Below are positions 1-9,342 of a DNA stretch of 64,000 nt, piece by piece. A model generated the notes under the pieces. It did no database searches. It saw nothing but the letters and a program-made list of their open reading frames with translations, and was not told the origin of the DNA. Origin of the DNA: a virus. The DNA lies in IMG/VR virus record IMGVR_UViG_3300030331_006142, positions 32,001 through 96,000 of that record; one strand, given 5' to 3'. Position numbers and translations under genes: made by a program. Position 1 is the first letter of the stretch. Every line of letters begins with the position of its first letter.

Positions 1-508
1 TTGGGCTTGGTAACCCTGCTGCAACAATTGCTGCGCGTAGTACTAAATCCATTGAGTTTTGTATATCTTGGTCTGTTCCAAACTGTTCCATGACAGCTAA
101 TAATTTTAAAGCACTACCCGATTTTAACCAACTGGGTGTATCCTCTCCATCATATATTCCTGAAAGTTTCGATGGAAGTGCTTCTTTTTTATTAGTTTGT
201 TTTTTTGGCTTTTCTGGCTCCTCTGGAGGCTTTGGTTCCTCTGCGGGCTTTGGCATTTTTGCCAATTCCTTTTCTGAGTCTATATACATTTGGGCAATTT
301 CACGCTCTTCTGCATCTAGCTGACTTTGGAGTTTTTTTAATTTTTCTAGTTTTTCTTCTGGAGTTAGATTTTCAACATCTGAGCCTAGCAGGTCTTCCAT
401 TCCCTTGTTGTAAGTTTCCATATCTTTTGGTCTTACAAGTTTCTTAGACTCGTTGCAAGACAACTTCCATTTTTTCACTATCTTAACAAATTCTCTTAAA
501 TTAATCAT
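1..508 (-). CDS. Hypothetical protein, runs off left edge (MINLREFVKIVKKWKL...), charged, Pro/Glu/Lys-rich linker
   Basis: Read manually from ATG at 508; frame open to the edge; absent from ORF track. Confidence 0.7.
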   Translation of the reverse strand, partial: MINLREFVKIVKKWKLSCNESKKLVRPKDMETYNKGMEDLLGSDVENLTPEEKLEKLKKLQSQLDAEEREIAQMYIDSEKELAKMPKPAEEPKPPEEPEKPKKQTNKKEALPSKLSGIYDGEDTPSWLKSGSALKLLAVMEQFGTDQDIQNSMDLVLRAAIVAAGLPSP

Positions 509-605
509 ATTGTAATCCTGTTGTTATGTGCCTCCCATTTTATAAAGGCTTATTGTACGGCAGAAATCTATCCCATATTATGTTGCCCCTTAGAAATCTT
601 ATTTA

Positions 606-1520
606 TTAAAGGGAGTCTCTAGTTTTAAGCACCTCTTCTCTACTTCCAGCTTTATAAAAGCCCGCGGGGGCTTTAGTTATCTCCTCAAAGCGTGGCACAT
701 GTTGGCCTTTTGGTAAACCTGTCTTATTAATTATTATAATTTTATCTAAATGTACCTCTCCAATCATTGCAACTTCTGCGTAGTCTGATACTGCATCAAC
801 ATGCTTAGTATCCTCAGCTATTTTGGTAATTTGTATTCCCGGATTAGAGCCTCCAGCTCTTGTTACATATAAAACCTCTATTTGACCTGCTCCTTGTCCC
901 TTCGTCCCATGCTGAGCATAATATGAAGCTTCATTGAATTCTGTCGACCATGATGAGGTCTTTTTGGTGCCGCCGCGTGGGACAAACTTAGACGGCGGCT
1001 TAATTACATGAACTCCAGGACCTTTTTGAAGCAAAAAATCTATAGGCAACGAGGGAAACAATTCTTTAAGCTTTTTGGCCGAAACGTGCATTCCTCTGAA
1101 TACTTTCCCGCGAGCCTTATATTTAGGCATATGTTTTGTTATTAAAGCTGCTGACCGGGAACTCATCGGTATATTAGACCTTATGTGTCTTCTTAGTTCT
1201 ATAGCCAAAGTGTCCATTTGTTTATTAATCGATTTGAGACTAGATAGCGTCGCGCGAGCAAAATTAGCCTTGCCGGTAACTCTTCCAGCTTTGCTAGATT
1301 TAGACAGCCTTGCGGCCCTGTTAGCGTGCCTGGCTACAACCAAAGGGCCTCCGAAAAGCTCAAGGCCGCTGCTAGGTATGTTTGGGTCGGAATCAACAAG
1401 GCTAAGCCATATTTTTTTATACCACGGAGCTTTGCGCCAGCGTCGGCTTCTGGCTAAGGTCTCAGCGCTCAGGCTCTCAACTTGTAAAAATCTACGCCAA
1501 TTTTCCATTATAAGCTTCAT
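606..1520 (-). CDS. MKLIMENW-leader protein with putative ADP-ribosyltransferase (R-S-E type) domain
   Basis: Start reassigned to leader ATG at 1520; motifs VFRGM, TSSWST, DYAEVAMIG in ART order. Confidence 0.6.
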   Translation of the reverse strand: MKLIMENWRRFLQVESLSAETLARSRRWRKAPWYKKIWLSLVDSDPNIPSSGLELFGGPLVVARHANRAARLSKSSKAGRVTGKANFARATLSSLKSINKQMDTLAIELRRHIRSNIPMSSRSAALITKHMPKYKARGKVFRGMHVSAKKLKELFPSLPIDFLLQKGPGVHVIKPPSKFVPRGGTKKTSSWSTEFNEASYYAQHGTKGQGAGQIEVLYVTRAGGSNPGIQITKIAEDTKHVDAVSDYAEVAMIGEVHLDKIIIINKTGLPKGQHVPRFEEITKAPAGFYKAGSREEVLKTRDSL

Positions 1521-1524
1521 AACC

Positions 1525-2073
1525 CTACATATTTCCTTGGTACATACCCAACCGGGCAGTTGTACTGGTGCGCCTTTTTCTCTTTGCGAGTCTGAGCTGC
1601 TTTCTCGCATCGAAAAATTTTCGATGACCCACATGGATTTTTTCTTTCGAGCGCACTTTTATTTTTCCGTCTTTAGAGTCATAAATAATTGAAAAAACAC
1701 CATCTGGGTCTTTATACATTACACTCGTTTTTAATTTCTTATCTCCCTTGCAATTACTATATTTAGAATTTTTCCCACTGTCATACGCGGTTGGCGAGCA
1801 GGGAACACATGTGCGCGTTATATTGCAGCGTTTTCCAGGTGGACACCACTTTTCATTATCAAACTCCCCTACTTGAGGGCCGCATTCTGGGGTTTTATAT
1901 CCTCTCGCTGCACAGGGCGATGCCTTTCCATATACTGGTTCTGTTTGTGTCATAACGCTGATTCCCGCTTTCTTGCAGGCATCTATTTGACCTTGGTCTA
2001 ACCTAGGGTCAAGCATAGGATGCTTTTCTTCTTCTTTTAAGAATTTTCTCCAGTTTTCCATTATAAGTTTCAT
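1525..2073 (-). CDS. MKLIMENW-leader protein, Cys-rich payload
   Basis: ORF begins MKLIMENWRKFLKEE; multiple Cys. Confidence 0.8.
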   Translation of the reverse strand: MKLIMENWRKFLKEEEKHPMLDPRLDQGQIDACKKAGISVMTQTEPVYGKASPCAARGYKTPECGPQVGEFDNEKWCPPGKRCNITRTCVPCSPTAYDSGKNSKYSNCKGDKKLKTSVMYKDPDGVFSIIYDSKDGKIKVRSKEKIHVGHRKFFDARKQLRLAKRKRRTSTTARLGMYQGNM

Positions 2074-2327
2074 TTTTTAATAACACTTATTGCTCGTTTA
2101 ACTGTACTAATTAAATGTTTACGAGATATGCCAATCGGTTGTCCGGCACCTTTCGGGGTTAAAATATCTATAATATCATTAAATATTTTACTAGCATCGG
2201 CAGAATTAATCTTACCGGAGGCCTCTTTTTTTATTATTCTTATAAGTTCCGTGCCTACATTTTTACTTGAGATGTAATCTTGCTGTTCTGTTAAGAACGG
2301 CTTCCAATTTTCCATTATAAGTTTCAT
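2070..2327 (-). CDS. MKLIMENW-leader small protein
   Basis: Start reassigned to 2327 after AAGGAG RBS; ATGA overlap with next gene. Confidence 0.8.
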   Translation of the reverse strand: MKLIMENWKPFLTEQQDYISSKNVGTELIRIIKKEASGKINSADASKIFNDIIDILTPKGAGQPIGISRKHLISTVKRAISVIKK

Positions 2328-2346
2328 TGTATAAATCTCCTTATAA

Positions 2347-2391
2347 TAAATAGCCTTTAAGATAAGAAAAGTTGAAAGGAATGTCGGACTG
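2347..2391 (-). repeat. Decayed copy of tmRNA 3' end plus downstream promoter motif
   Basis: About 29/45 identical to 4461-4505, ungapped manual alignment. Confidence 0.65.
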
Positions 2392-3048
2392 TTATTTTTG
2401 TCCAATAGAATTTAATAATTCTGAATCTAGGTTCATCCAGTTTAGGCTCGTTGAAGTAAAGAAGTTTTCTATTCTGTCTGGTTTAACAGCCCAGCTTGAA
2501 TCTGGATGCCAATCTTCAACAAGTGAACAAGGGGCAATTTTTAAATTTGCCACTATATACATTGAATTCTCATCTAATCCTACGCTAATGTTACCTGCCT
2601 TAAGGGCACGGCGAGACTCTGTGTGAAGAAAGACCTTGAAAGCATTTACGCCATAGGTTGCTACGATTTGGGTTATTTTGTCTTCTTTTTTTGGATTCTT
2701 TTTAATTAAGGCTTCATAGGATGCGAATCCGTTATCCAGAACTCCGGTAGTAGTAAGTCCATTGTTTTTTAAAAAATTAAATCTTATATCTTTTTTACTA
2801 CCACCAAATGAAACTGAATGGAGTACACTTTTAACATCATTGCTTACATGCGTCCCCTGATTGGGCGTTTTTACAAATGTGCAATTATATTTTTTTTGCA
2901 TTGCAATCGATGCAGACCTCACACTTTTTTTGCATGAATCTAAGAAATTCGAGGCGATGGCCATCGTCAACTGGACATCCTCAGGGTCTCTCTTAGTGAA
3001 CTCCACTTCGTTTACAAATTCTCGCCAGTTTTCCATTATAAGCTTCAT
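2392..3048 (-). CDS. MKLIMENW-leader protein, unknown payload
   Basis: 218 aa ORF starting MKLIMENWREFVNE. Confidence 0.85.
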   Translation of the reverse strand: MKLIMENWREFVNEVEFTKRDPEDVQLTMAIASNFLDSCKKSVRSASIAMQKKYNCTFVKTPNQGTHVSNDVKSVLHSVSFGGSKKDIRFNFLKNNGLTTTGVLDNGFASYEALIKKNPKKEDKITQIVATYGVNAFKVFLHTESRRALKAGNISVGLDENSMYIVANLKIAPCSLVEDWHPDSSWAVKPDRIENFFTSTSLNWMNLDSELLNSIGQK

Positions 3049-3053
3049 AATAT

Positions 3054-3098
3054 TAAATAGTCTTCAAAATAAAAAAAGTTGGTGGAGGTGGCGGGAGT
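3054..3098 (-). repeat. Near-perfect copy of tmRNA 3' end plus downstream promoter motif
   Basis: 42/45 identical to 4461-4505; includes ACTCCCGCCACCTCCACCA. Confidence 0.95.
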
Positions 3099-3099
3099 A

Positions 3100-3585
3100 T
3101 TATTCAAACTTGATTGTGCGTACCCAGGCGTCATCTTCAGGTTTGGCATAGAGCGTGGAACCAAAGGCGTCGAGGATTTCAGATTTTTTCAAAGCAGGCA
3201 AGACTATCGGTTGTTTAATTTCACTGAATGCCATAACAATATGTGGTATATATTCTCTTAACTTGTTTTTGACTCTTCCTAAGCGCGGGGAATAATGACC
3301 TCGACCTGTCGTATTTCCATGGTCGAATGTGGACTCTATGCGGCCGGCAGCTTCAACGAAAGCCAAAATCTTAAGCTGTACTTCTTCTCGCATATCGGCA
3401 ACCTGGTCTATTTGTCCCATTCTGGCATAACCATGGACATCGGCCAGGCCAGCTGCAACGCGTTCCAATTTTTTGACAGGGTCTGATTTATCGATGGTTG
3501 AATGTACTGCGCTGACCGCAGTTGATAAAGGAGATTCTTTTAATAGTTTTCTCCAGTTTTCCATTATAAGCTTCATTTCAGACAT
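3100..3585 (-). CDS. MKLIMENW-leader protein, unknown payload
   Basis: MSEMKLIMENWRKLLKE; AAGGA RBS. Confidence 0.85.
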   Translation of the reverse strand: MSEMKLIMENWRKLLKESPLSTAVSAVHSTIDKSDPVKKLERVAAGLADVHGYARMGQIDQVADMREEVQLKILAFVEAAGRIESTFDHGNTTGRGHYSPRLGRVKNKLREYIPHIVMAFSEIKQPIVLPALKKSEILDAFGSTLYAKPEDDAWVRTIKFE

Positions 3586-3606
3586 AATAAAATTTCCTTA
3601 TAGTAA

Positions 3607-3651
3607 TAAGTAGTCTGCAAAATAAGAAAAGTTGGTGGGAGTGACGGAAGT
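3607..3651 (-). repeat. Decayed copy of tmRNA 3' end plus downstream promoter motif
   Basis: 39/45 identical to 4461-4505. Confidence 0.9.
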
Positions 3652-4031
3652 CAATTATTCTTCTTCTTGTAATCTTCAATAGCAGATTTTATGGCACCCT
3701 CTGCTAACACTGAGCAGTGAATTTTTACAGGGGGCAGTGCTAAGTGAGTTGCGATATCCTTATTTTTTATTTCTTTGGCTTCCTCAAGTGTTCTACCTTT
3801 TATCCATTCAGTTATCAAGGATGATGATGCTATGGCAGAACCACAGCCGTATGTTTTGAATTTTGCATCTTCAATTATACCATCATTATTTACTTTAATT
3901 TGAAGCTTCATAACATCCCCACAAGCTGGGGCCCCAACAATGCCTGTTCCTACCGAGTCGTCATTATTATCTAGAGACCCTACGTTTCTAGGGTTTTCAA
4001 AGTGGTCTATTACTTTTTTTGAATATGTCAT
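3651..4031 (-). CDS. iscU: Fe-S cluster scaffold IscU
   Basis: YSKKVIDHFENPRNVG, GAPACGDVM, GCGSAIASSS, LPPVKIHCS motifs. Confidence 0.97.
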   Translation of the reverse strand: MTYSKKVIDHFENPRNVGSLDNNDDSVGTGIVGAPACGDVMKLQIKVNNDGIIEDAKFKTYGCGSAIASSSLITEWIKGRTLEEAKEIKNKDIATHLALPPVKIHCSVLAEGAIKSAIEDYKKKNN

Positions 4032-4456
4032 GATTTTTTTTCAAATTTATTTTTATCTTGCCATTTATGAGACTCTTTGTCAATTTTTATTGGGCCGCCT
4101 TTGGCCCAGGTGTGGCAAGAACGCGCGGAGTGGCATTTAAAATGATGCATCCAACAATATCCAAGTTGACCATCTTTATCAAAAGTATCTCCGGGTAGGC
4201 ACTCCTTCATTCTTGGTGATATATCAAAAGCTACACAATTGCCACAGTTAGACTTCTTAGCAGCTTTTTCACTAGTTTTCCAATACTTACCTATCTTTTT
4301 CCAATAATCTCCAGGTTCATCTACGTTTAACGGTCCATAGTTGTACTCTTTTATTGTTGCATCTCTGTTTTTGGTGTTGAGGGCAAGGTCTTTTGTGGCA
4401 GGAGGACATATATAATCTTTTATAGATTTAACTATTCTTATTATTATTCTGCGCAT
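4028..4456 (-). CDS. Cys-cluster protein (CxxC...C...C), possible metal/Fe-S binding
   Basis: Start reassigned to 4456 (longer ORF overlaps tmRNA); CGNC...GYCWMHHFKCHSARSCHTW. Confidence 0.7.
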   Translation of the reverse strand: MRRIIIRIVKSIKDYICPPATKDLALNTKNRDATIKEYNYGPLNVDEPGDYWKKIGKYWKTSEKAAKKSNCGNCVAFDISPRMKECLPGDTFDKDGQLGYCWMHHFKCHSARSCHTWAKGGPIKIDKESHKWQDKNKFEKKS

Positions 4457-4486
4457 GTTATAAGTAGTCCTCAAAATAAGAAAAGT

Positions 4487-4797
<311 letters not shown>

Positions 4798-5277
4798 TTA
4801 GCCTAAACCTGGAAATTCAAGTTGTCCACTTTTCTTTCCACCTCTCGTACCATACCCACTTGGAATCTTTTTCTGGAGGGGGATACTGTCATCATCTTGC
4901 ATTACTGCTGATGTCATTTTATAATTATCTCTGCTCATAGATGACCGCTCATCATCAAAATCATCTCTGGCCATTTGATGGTCGTTCATCTCGGCCCAAT
5001 CTTTTACAGCCTCCATGAAGTTACCACCGGCCATAAACCTATCTTGTTCTTCTGGGTCTGTTATATTGTCCATCCACCCAGACCACTGTTCATGCCTTTC
5101 ATGTAGTTCTTTAAAAATTTGCCTAACTGACACTTGCTCTCCATCAACCGAAACTATAAGCTCGTCCGGAGATTGGTTATCGTCATGCCACTTATACCCG
5201 TCGACATTGACCATTCCTTCATTTAAAAAGTAACGAGGGTTTCTTCTTTTTTTGTTTTGTCTATAAAATTTTGGCAT
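4798..5277 (-). CDS. Hypothetical protein, basic N-terminus ending in FLNE
   Basis: 159 aa ORF with AAGGAG RBS; stop abuts tmRNA 5' end. Confidence 0.8.
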   Translation of the reverse strand: MPKFYRQNKKRRNPRYFLNEGMVNVDGYKWHDDNQSPDELIVSVDGEQVSVRQIFKELHERHEQWSGWMDNITDPEEQDRFMAGGNFMEAVKDWAEMNDHQMARDDFDDERSSMSRDNYKMTSAVMQDDDSIPLQKKIPSGYGTRGGKKSGQLEFPGLG

Positions 5278-5289
5278 TTTTTTTTCTCC

Positions 5290-5385
5290 TTAACAACAGC
5301 CACTCTCACAAGAACAACAACCACAACAGCAGCAGCAATGCTTTGAGTCAAATAATGTAACTAATCTATGTAAAAACTTTTTCAT
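5290..5385 (-). CDS. 31-aa Cys-rich metallothionein-like peptide
   Basis: MKKFLHRLVTLFDSKHCCCCCGCCSCESGCC; GGAGG RBS; ACTAATTA motif at 5415-5422. Confidence 0.7.
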   Translation of the reverse strand: MKKFLHRLVTLFDSKHCCCCCGCCSCESGCC

Positions 5386-5424
5386 TGGCTTTTCCTCCGT
5401 TTTGCCATTTATATTAATTAGTCC

Positions 5425-5769
5425 CTATCTTCCATAATCATCTTCCAGTCTGACAACATCGTCTAGTTCTGGAGTGCTGACCTCGAAAAGAATCACATCA
5501 CCGTGAGGTGCACAGAAGCGATGAACAGTATTTGGAGCAATATGATATGATTGTCCAGAATTCAAGTTTAAGGTTGTTTTATATTCTTTTGCTCCAATTT
5601 CTAGCGCTAGAATTCCTGTTTGAACAAAAATTGTTTCTTCTTTCTTTTTATGAAATTGGCGAGATAGTTGATTTCCTTTTTTAATGTATAGTATTTTTCC
5701 TGCATACTTTTTAGTATTTGCCCATATCAATTCATGGCCCCATGGTTTTTCAACTTTTTTTATTTTCAT
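5425..5769 (-). CDS. Cupin (mannose-6-phosphate isomerase type II C-terminal-like)
   Basis: VEKPWG, LSRQFHKKKEET, HRF, EVSTPELDDVVRLEDDYGR. Confidence 0.9.
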   Translation of the reverse strand: MKIKKVEKPWGHELIWANTKKYAGKILYIKKGNQLSRQFHKKKEETIFVQTGILALEIGAKEYKTTLNLNSGQSYHIAPNTVHRFCAPHGDVILFEVSTPELDDVVRLEDDYGR

Positions 5770-6124
5770 TGTTTTCCTCTTTTATATTAATTTTGTACTT
5801 TTTCATCTGCCTGTTTAAATATGACTTATTTATTCCTAGCATGACGCATGCATCTCTTCTGTTTTTGCAGACAGAAATCGCATATCTTACAAATGCTTCT
5901 TTGCATATTTCATCTAAAAATTTGTATACAGGTATGCCTAACAATTTCCCTCTTAATGAATTAGACATAGTTTGCAGTTTAATATAAAGTAAATCTTCTA
6001 TTGTTAGTAACTTTACTTTATTTATAAATTCTTTATCTACTTTTTTTTGCTTTAAAAGATTATTTATATAATTAAAATCTTTTATATCTGAAGTGTATTT
6101 ATTTTTTCTAAAAAAGCTATTCAA
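5750..6124 (-). CDS. Fis-type helix-turn-helix protein
   Basis: C-terminal NRRDACVMLGINKSYLNRQMKKY resembles Fis/NtrC HTH. Confidence 0.65.
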   Translation of the reverse strand: MNSFFRKNKYTSDIKDFNYINNLLKQKKVDKEFINKVKLLTIEDLLYIKLQTMSNSLRGKLLGIPVYKFLDEICKEAFVRYAISVCKNRRDACVMLGINKSYLNRQMKKYKINIKEENNENKKS

Positions 6125-6188
6125 CTTTGCTACCTTTAACGGCCAAACCCAACCACCTCAACTAAAATAGCATATTTATTTTTTTTAA

Positions 6189-9100
6189 TCAAGTACTTTG
6201 TTCTGAACTTTCTGTACCCTGAGCTGCTTTTTCGTATTCATCATTGGTAGGTTCTTCAATGTTTTTAGCCATTTCTCTGTCCCATTTATCGTGGTAAAGC
6301 TTTAAATTTGCTATTAAATAATCATAAAACATTTCTTGGTCTTCTGCGTTGTCAAGCTCTCCATAATAATCAATAATAGACTTTTCTATAGAAGGATAGA
6401 CTCTTTCAGCTTTGTTTCTCCCGGTGGTATCTTCACCTGAAATGGATGTTAAACCTTCTTTCTCTTCTTTATCGTTGGTTGGCGTTTCTTTTTCTGAGCC
6501 GTCATTAGCATCAATAAATTTTTCTGCATCAACGCCCTCTATATCTACTCCAACTTCTTCTGAAAGTTGTGCAACTGCATCAGGTGAGCCAATAGAATCT
6601 GTGTCGTTTAGCTTAACGGGCGCTAGAGTATCTTGAACCCATTGTATCATATGTGCTCTAAAGGACTTTCTTTGGTCATCAGAGGTTGTTAGAGTCTTGT
6701 AAACCTGTCTAATTGTAGAAAGGACGTTTGTATTTTTAAGTAAGTCCTTAAGAGTATTGATGCCGGTATTATCATGAATATCTGTATTTGGGTCTTCTGC
6801 AGCGGCCTCTAATATTAGCTCTCTTAGTGATAATCGCAACATATGCTCTTGAATAACATAATCGATGATTTCATTATTTTCTTTTGCTTTTAAATCAAAA
6901 AACTCTTTAATACCGATTCTTAAAGTTTTTCTAAGTTTTCTTTCTTCTTTCATATCTTCATCCTTTTTATATATTTTTCCAAAAGGCCCAGCAAAACCAG
7001 CTAAATTTCCACCAGCATTTGAACTCATCTCTTCTAATTCATCCTGCTCTTCTGCTAAGAATGCATTTGAAATATTTTTTGGCCGGCCGTGCTTGAAGGC
7101 TCCGCCATGTTTTGTTAAATCTTTTCTACCCATATCTAAATAGGTCCTGTGAGCTTTCGCAAGCCTTTTTCTCATTCGTTTCTGAAATGCGCTCGAAGAG
7201 GGCTTTGCTTTTGGGGCATGCTGTGCTTTAAAACCCTCTTGTAGCATTTTCCTTAGCGAGTCTTCAATAATTTCTCGAAGGCCGCCAGCGTCAATTTCCG
7301 GTTCCTCAACTTGGTCTTCTTCTGGTTGGTTTTTATCTGCCGCATTTATTCCTAAGATTCCCATTACTGCGATGGCGTCTTCTGGGCGAGGAACAAAATC
7401 TTTTAACATTTGAAGACCTACTGGGTCACTAGCTGCAACATCAACTATAAACCTCATATCTGAAGCGTGGAAATCAGAAGAATCTACACTAGATTTTGTA
7501 GCTGACGGAATTCGAGAGTTTATATGAGGATGAGAAGATAATGTATTCATATATTCTTCACTATGCTTAGCTGATAAGTCACAAACATGGATTTTTATTT
7601 TTAAATCATTTCGGGCCTTGCTAATTATTGTTTGGTAACGAGACTGGTCGTCCTCTTTATCGCCGCAGCCCAATATTACAGTGCTGCCTTTCGGGGCAAC
7701 CAAATCATTACCCGGTTGCGGTTCCTTCATTACAAAATCATAAGTTACGCCAACAGGACTAGCAGCAGGAGATTGAATTATCTCGGTTTTTGAACCAGCT
7801 GGTGATTTATCTAGGAAAGCTCGCCATATTTGCTCAGCATGATTTGAATCAACAATTTTTCCTGAGAGCGGCAAAGTGCGGCCGCCTTTAGTTGGTTGAG
7901 AGATAATTATGATTACCTTATCGGCAATTTCGGCTAATTGTTCAACCATATTTAAGTGGCCTTTATGAGGAGGCTTGAATGCCCCAGGCACGACAGCTAC
8001 TCTAGAAGGCCCAGAATTGTCTTTTAACGCCTCTTCTTCTTCATCTTGAGCATCGATAGGACCAAAGCGCTGAAAGCGCTCCATACCTAAAATTTGATTG
8101 GTAGGAGCAAAGTTTCCAGTAAACTTATACGTCACTCCATTAAAATCGAACACAAAACCCTCTGATGGAGTATTAATGCCTCCAACATCTTTGAGTTTTA
8201 TCATTTGCTTTTCCAGTTCGGCTTGGGCTCTTTCATTGTTCCCATTTTTTATTCTAGATATTGTACTCTCTACCTCATCTTGAAGAAACTTAATTTGCTT
8301 TTCATTATCGTTTATAAAAGAAGAATCTATTGTGCCAACCATAGCAACAGAAAAGTCATGAAGAACTCTTTGTAAATCCAGAGTGTAACTAGCATAATTA
8401 AATGCCCTCACATAAGAAGAGACACTCTGCTTAATATTAGTGGGCATGCCCCGAGTTACATCATTGACACCAGGTACCTTACCAGATGCTGCAGGAATTC
8501 TCATAACTCTTTGTAATAACAATCTACTAGTTGCATCATCAAGATTAAATTGGTCTATTTCTGGTTTTACCTGTCCAATTACATAATCGTTTATTGTGTC
8601 CCCATCAGACACACCAATATCAGACATTAAATTACTGACTTTTTCCATTGTGCTTCGTAAAACAGATTTATCCTGGAGGGGTGGTAATTTTCTAACGGGG
8701 TTTGTCTCTACGGAAAAAATACTTGGGTCCTCTGTGGCAGAATCAACAAAGGCCCTATCAAGAAGTTCAAAATTCGCGGTAATATCTAAATCTGTCTTTT
8801 TGCCAGTTTGTTTATCAAACTGGGCATGCCCAACTCTGTGAATAAGCAAAGTTTTTTTATCATAGGGGATGACGTTTGTTGTACCCGCCCCGCGCGGGTC
8901 TCCCTCTTCGGTGTCCGGGTTTCCTGGATTCATAACCTCAGTATTAAAAAACACACTAGCATCGGGCCCAAATATTTTTTCTTGAGTATCAATATCTAGC
9001 TTTTTTACTTCTTCTTCAAAGGCTCCCAACGCCTCAACGAAACTATATCGCAGCGCTTGGCTTGGGTGATTCGCGAAGAAAGAATCCAATTCGTCAGCAT

Positions 9101-9332
9101 CAAGGCCACCTTGCTTCAATTGGCCTTTATTTCTTGCAGCAACTGCTCTTCCAGTCTTTACATTAAAGGAGAGAAAAATGTTTTGACCATCAGTCTTTTC
9201 AGTTCCTGAAAGCTTTCCATCTGCCGCCATTTGTAGGAGCTGCTTTAATTCACCAAAAGTCATTTCACCATTATCGTAGATATGGTTCATGTGACCAGCA
9301 ACAGCCCCCTCTAATAGGAGTTCTTTATTCAC
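6189..9332 (-). CDS. Large fusion: ligase-like nucleotidyltransferase domain + HIGH-type (cytidylyltransferase-like) domain + acidic C-terminus
   Basis: EKTDG, FNTEV, EGFV, YKF motifs; VVPGAFKPPHKGH. Confidence 0.65.
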   Translation of the reverse strand: MNKELLLEGAVAGHMNHIYDNGEMTFGELKQLLQMAADGKLSGTEKTDGQNIFLSFNVKTGRAVAARNKGQLKQGGLDADELDSFFANHPSQALRYSFVEALGAFEEEVKKLDIDTQEKIFGPDASVFFNTEVMNPGNPDTEEGDPRGAGTTNVIPYDKKTLLIHRVGHAQFDKQTGKKTDLDITANFELLDRAFVDSATEDPSIFSVETNPVRKLPPLQDKSVLRSTMEKVSNLMSDIGVSDGDTINDYVIGQVKPEIDQFNLDDATSRLLLQRVMRIPAASGKVPGVNDVTRGMPTNIKQSVSSYVRAFNYASYTLDLQRVLHDFSVAMVGTIDSSFINDNEKQIKFLQDEVESTISRIKNGNNERAQAELEKQMIKLKDVGGINTPSEGFVFDFNGVTYKFTGNFAPTNQILGMERFQRFGPIDAQDEEEEALKDNSGPSRVAVVPGAFKPPHKGHLNMVEQLAEIADKVIIIISQPTKGGRTLPLSGKIVDSNHAEQIWRAFLDKSPAGSKTEIIQSPAASPVGVTYDFVMKEPQPGNDLVAPKGSTVILGCGDKEDDQSRYQTIISKARNDLKIKIHVCDLSAKHSEEYMNTLSSHPHINSRIPSATKSSVDSSDFHASDMRFIVDVAASDPVGLQMLKDFVPRPEDAIAVMGILGINAADKNQPEEDQVEEPEIDAGGLREIIEDSLRKMLQEGFKAQHAPKAKPSSSAFQKRMRKRLAKAHRTYLDMGRKDLTKHGGAFKHGRPKNISNAFLAEEQDELEEMSSNAGGNLAGFAGPFGKIYKKDEDMKEERKLRKTLRIGIKEFFDLKAKENNEIIDYVIQEHMLRLSLRELILEAAAEDPNTDIHDNTGINTLKDLLKNTNVLSTIRQVYKTLTTSDDQRKSFRAHMIQWVQDTLAPVKLNDTDSIGSPDAVAQLSEEVGVDIEGVDAEKFIDANDGSEKETPTNDKEEKEGLTSISGEDTTGRNKAERVYPSIEKSIIDYYGELDNAEDQEMFYDYLIANLKLYHDKWDREMAKNIEEPTNDEYEKAAQGTESSEQST

Positions 9333-9342
9333 GTTTTAGCCC

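Noticed and set aside
3054-3098. Independent tRNA gene or prophage attL/attR boundary
   Set aside because: Only the 3' half of the T-arm and acceptor strand is present; both flanks are phage-like and the intervals are under 1 kb
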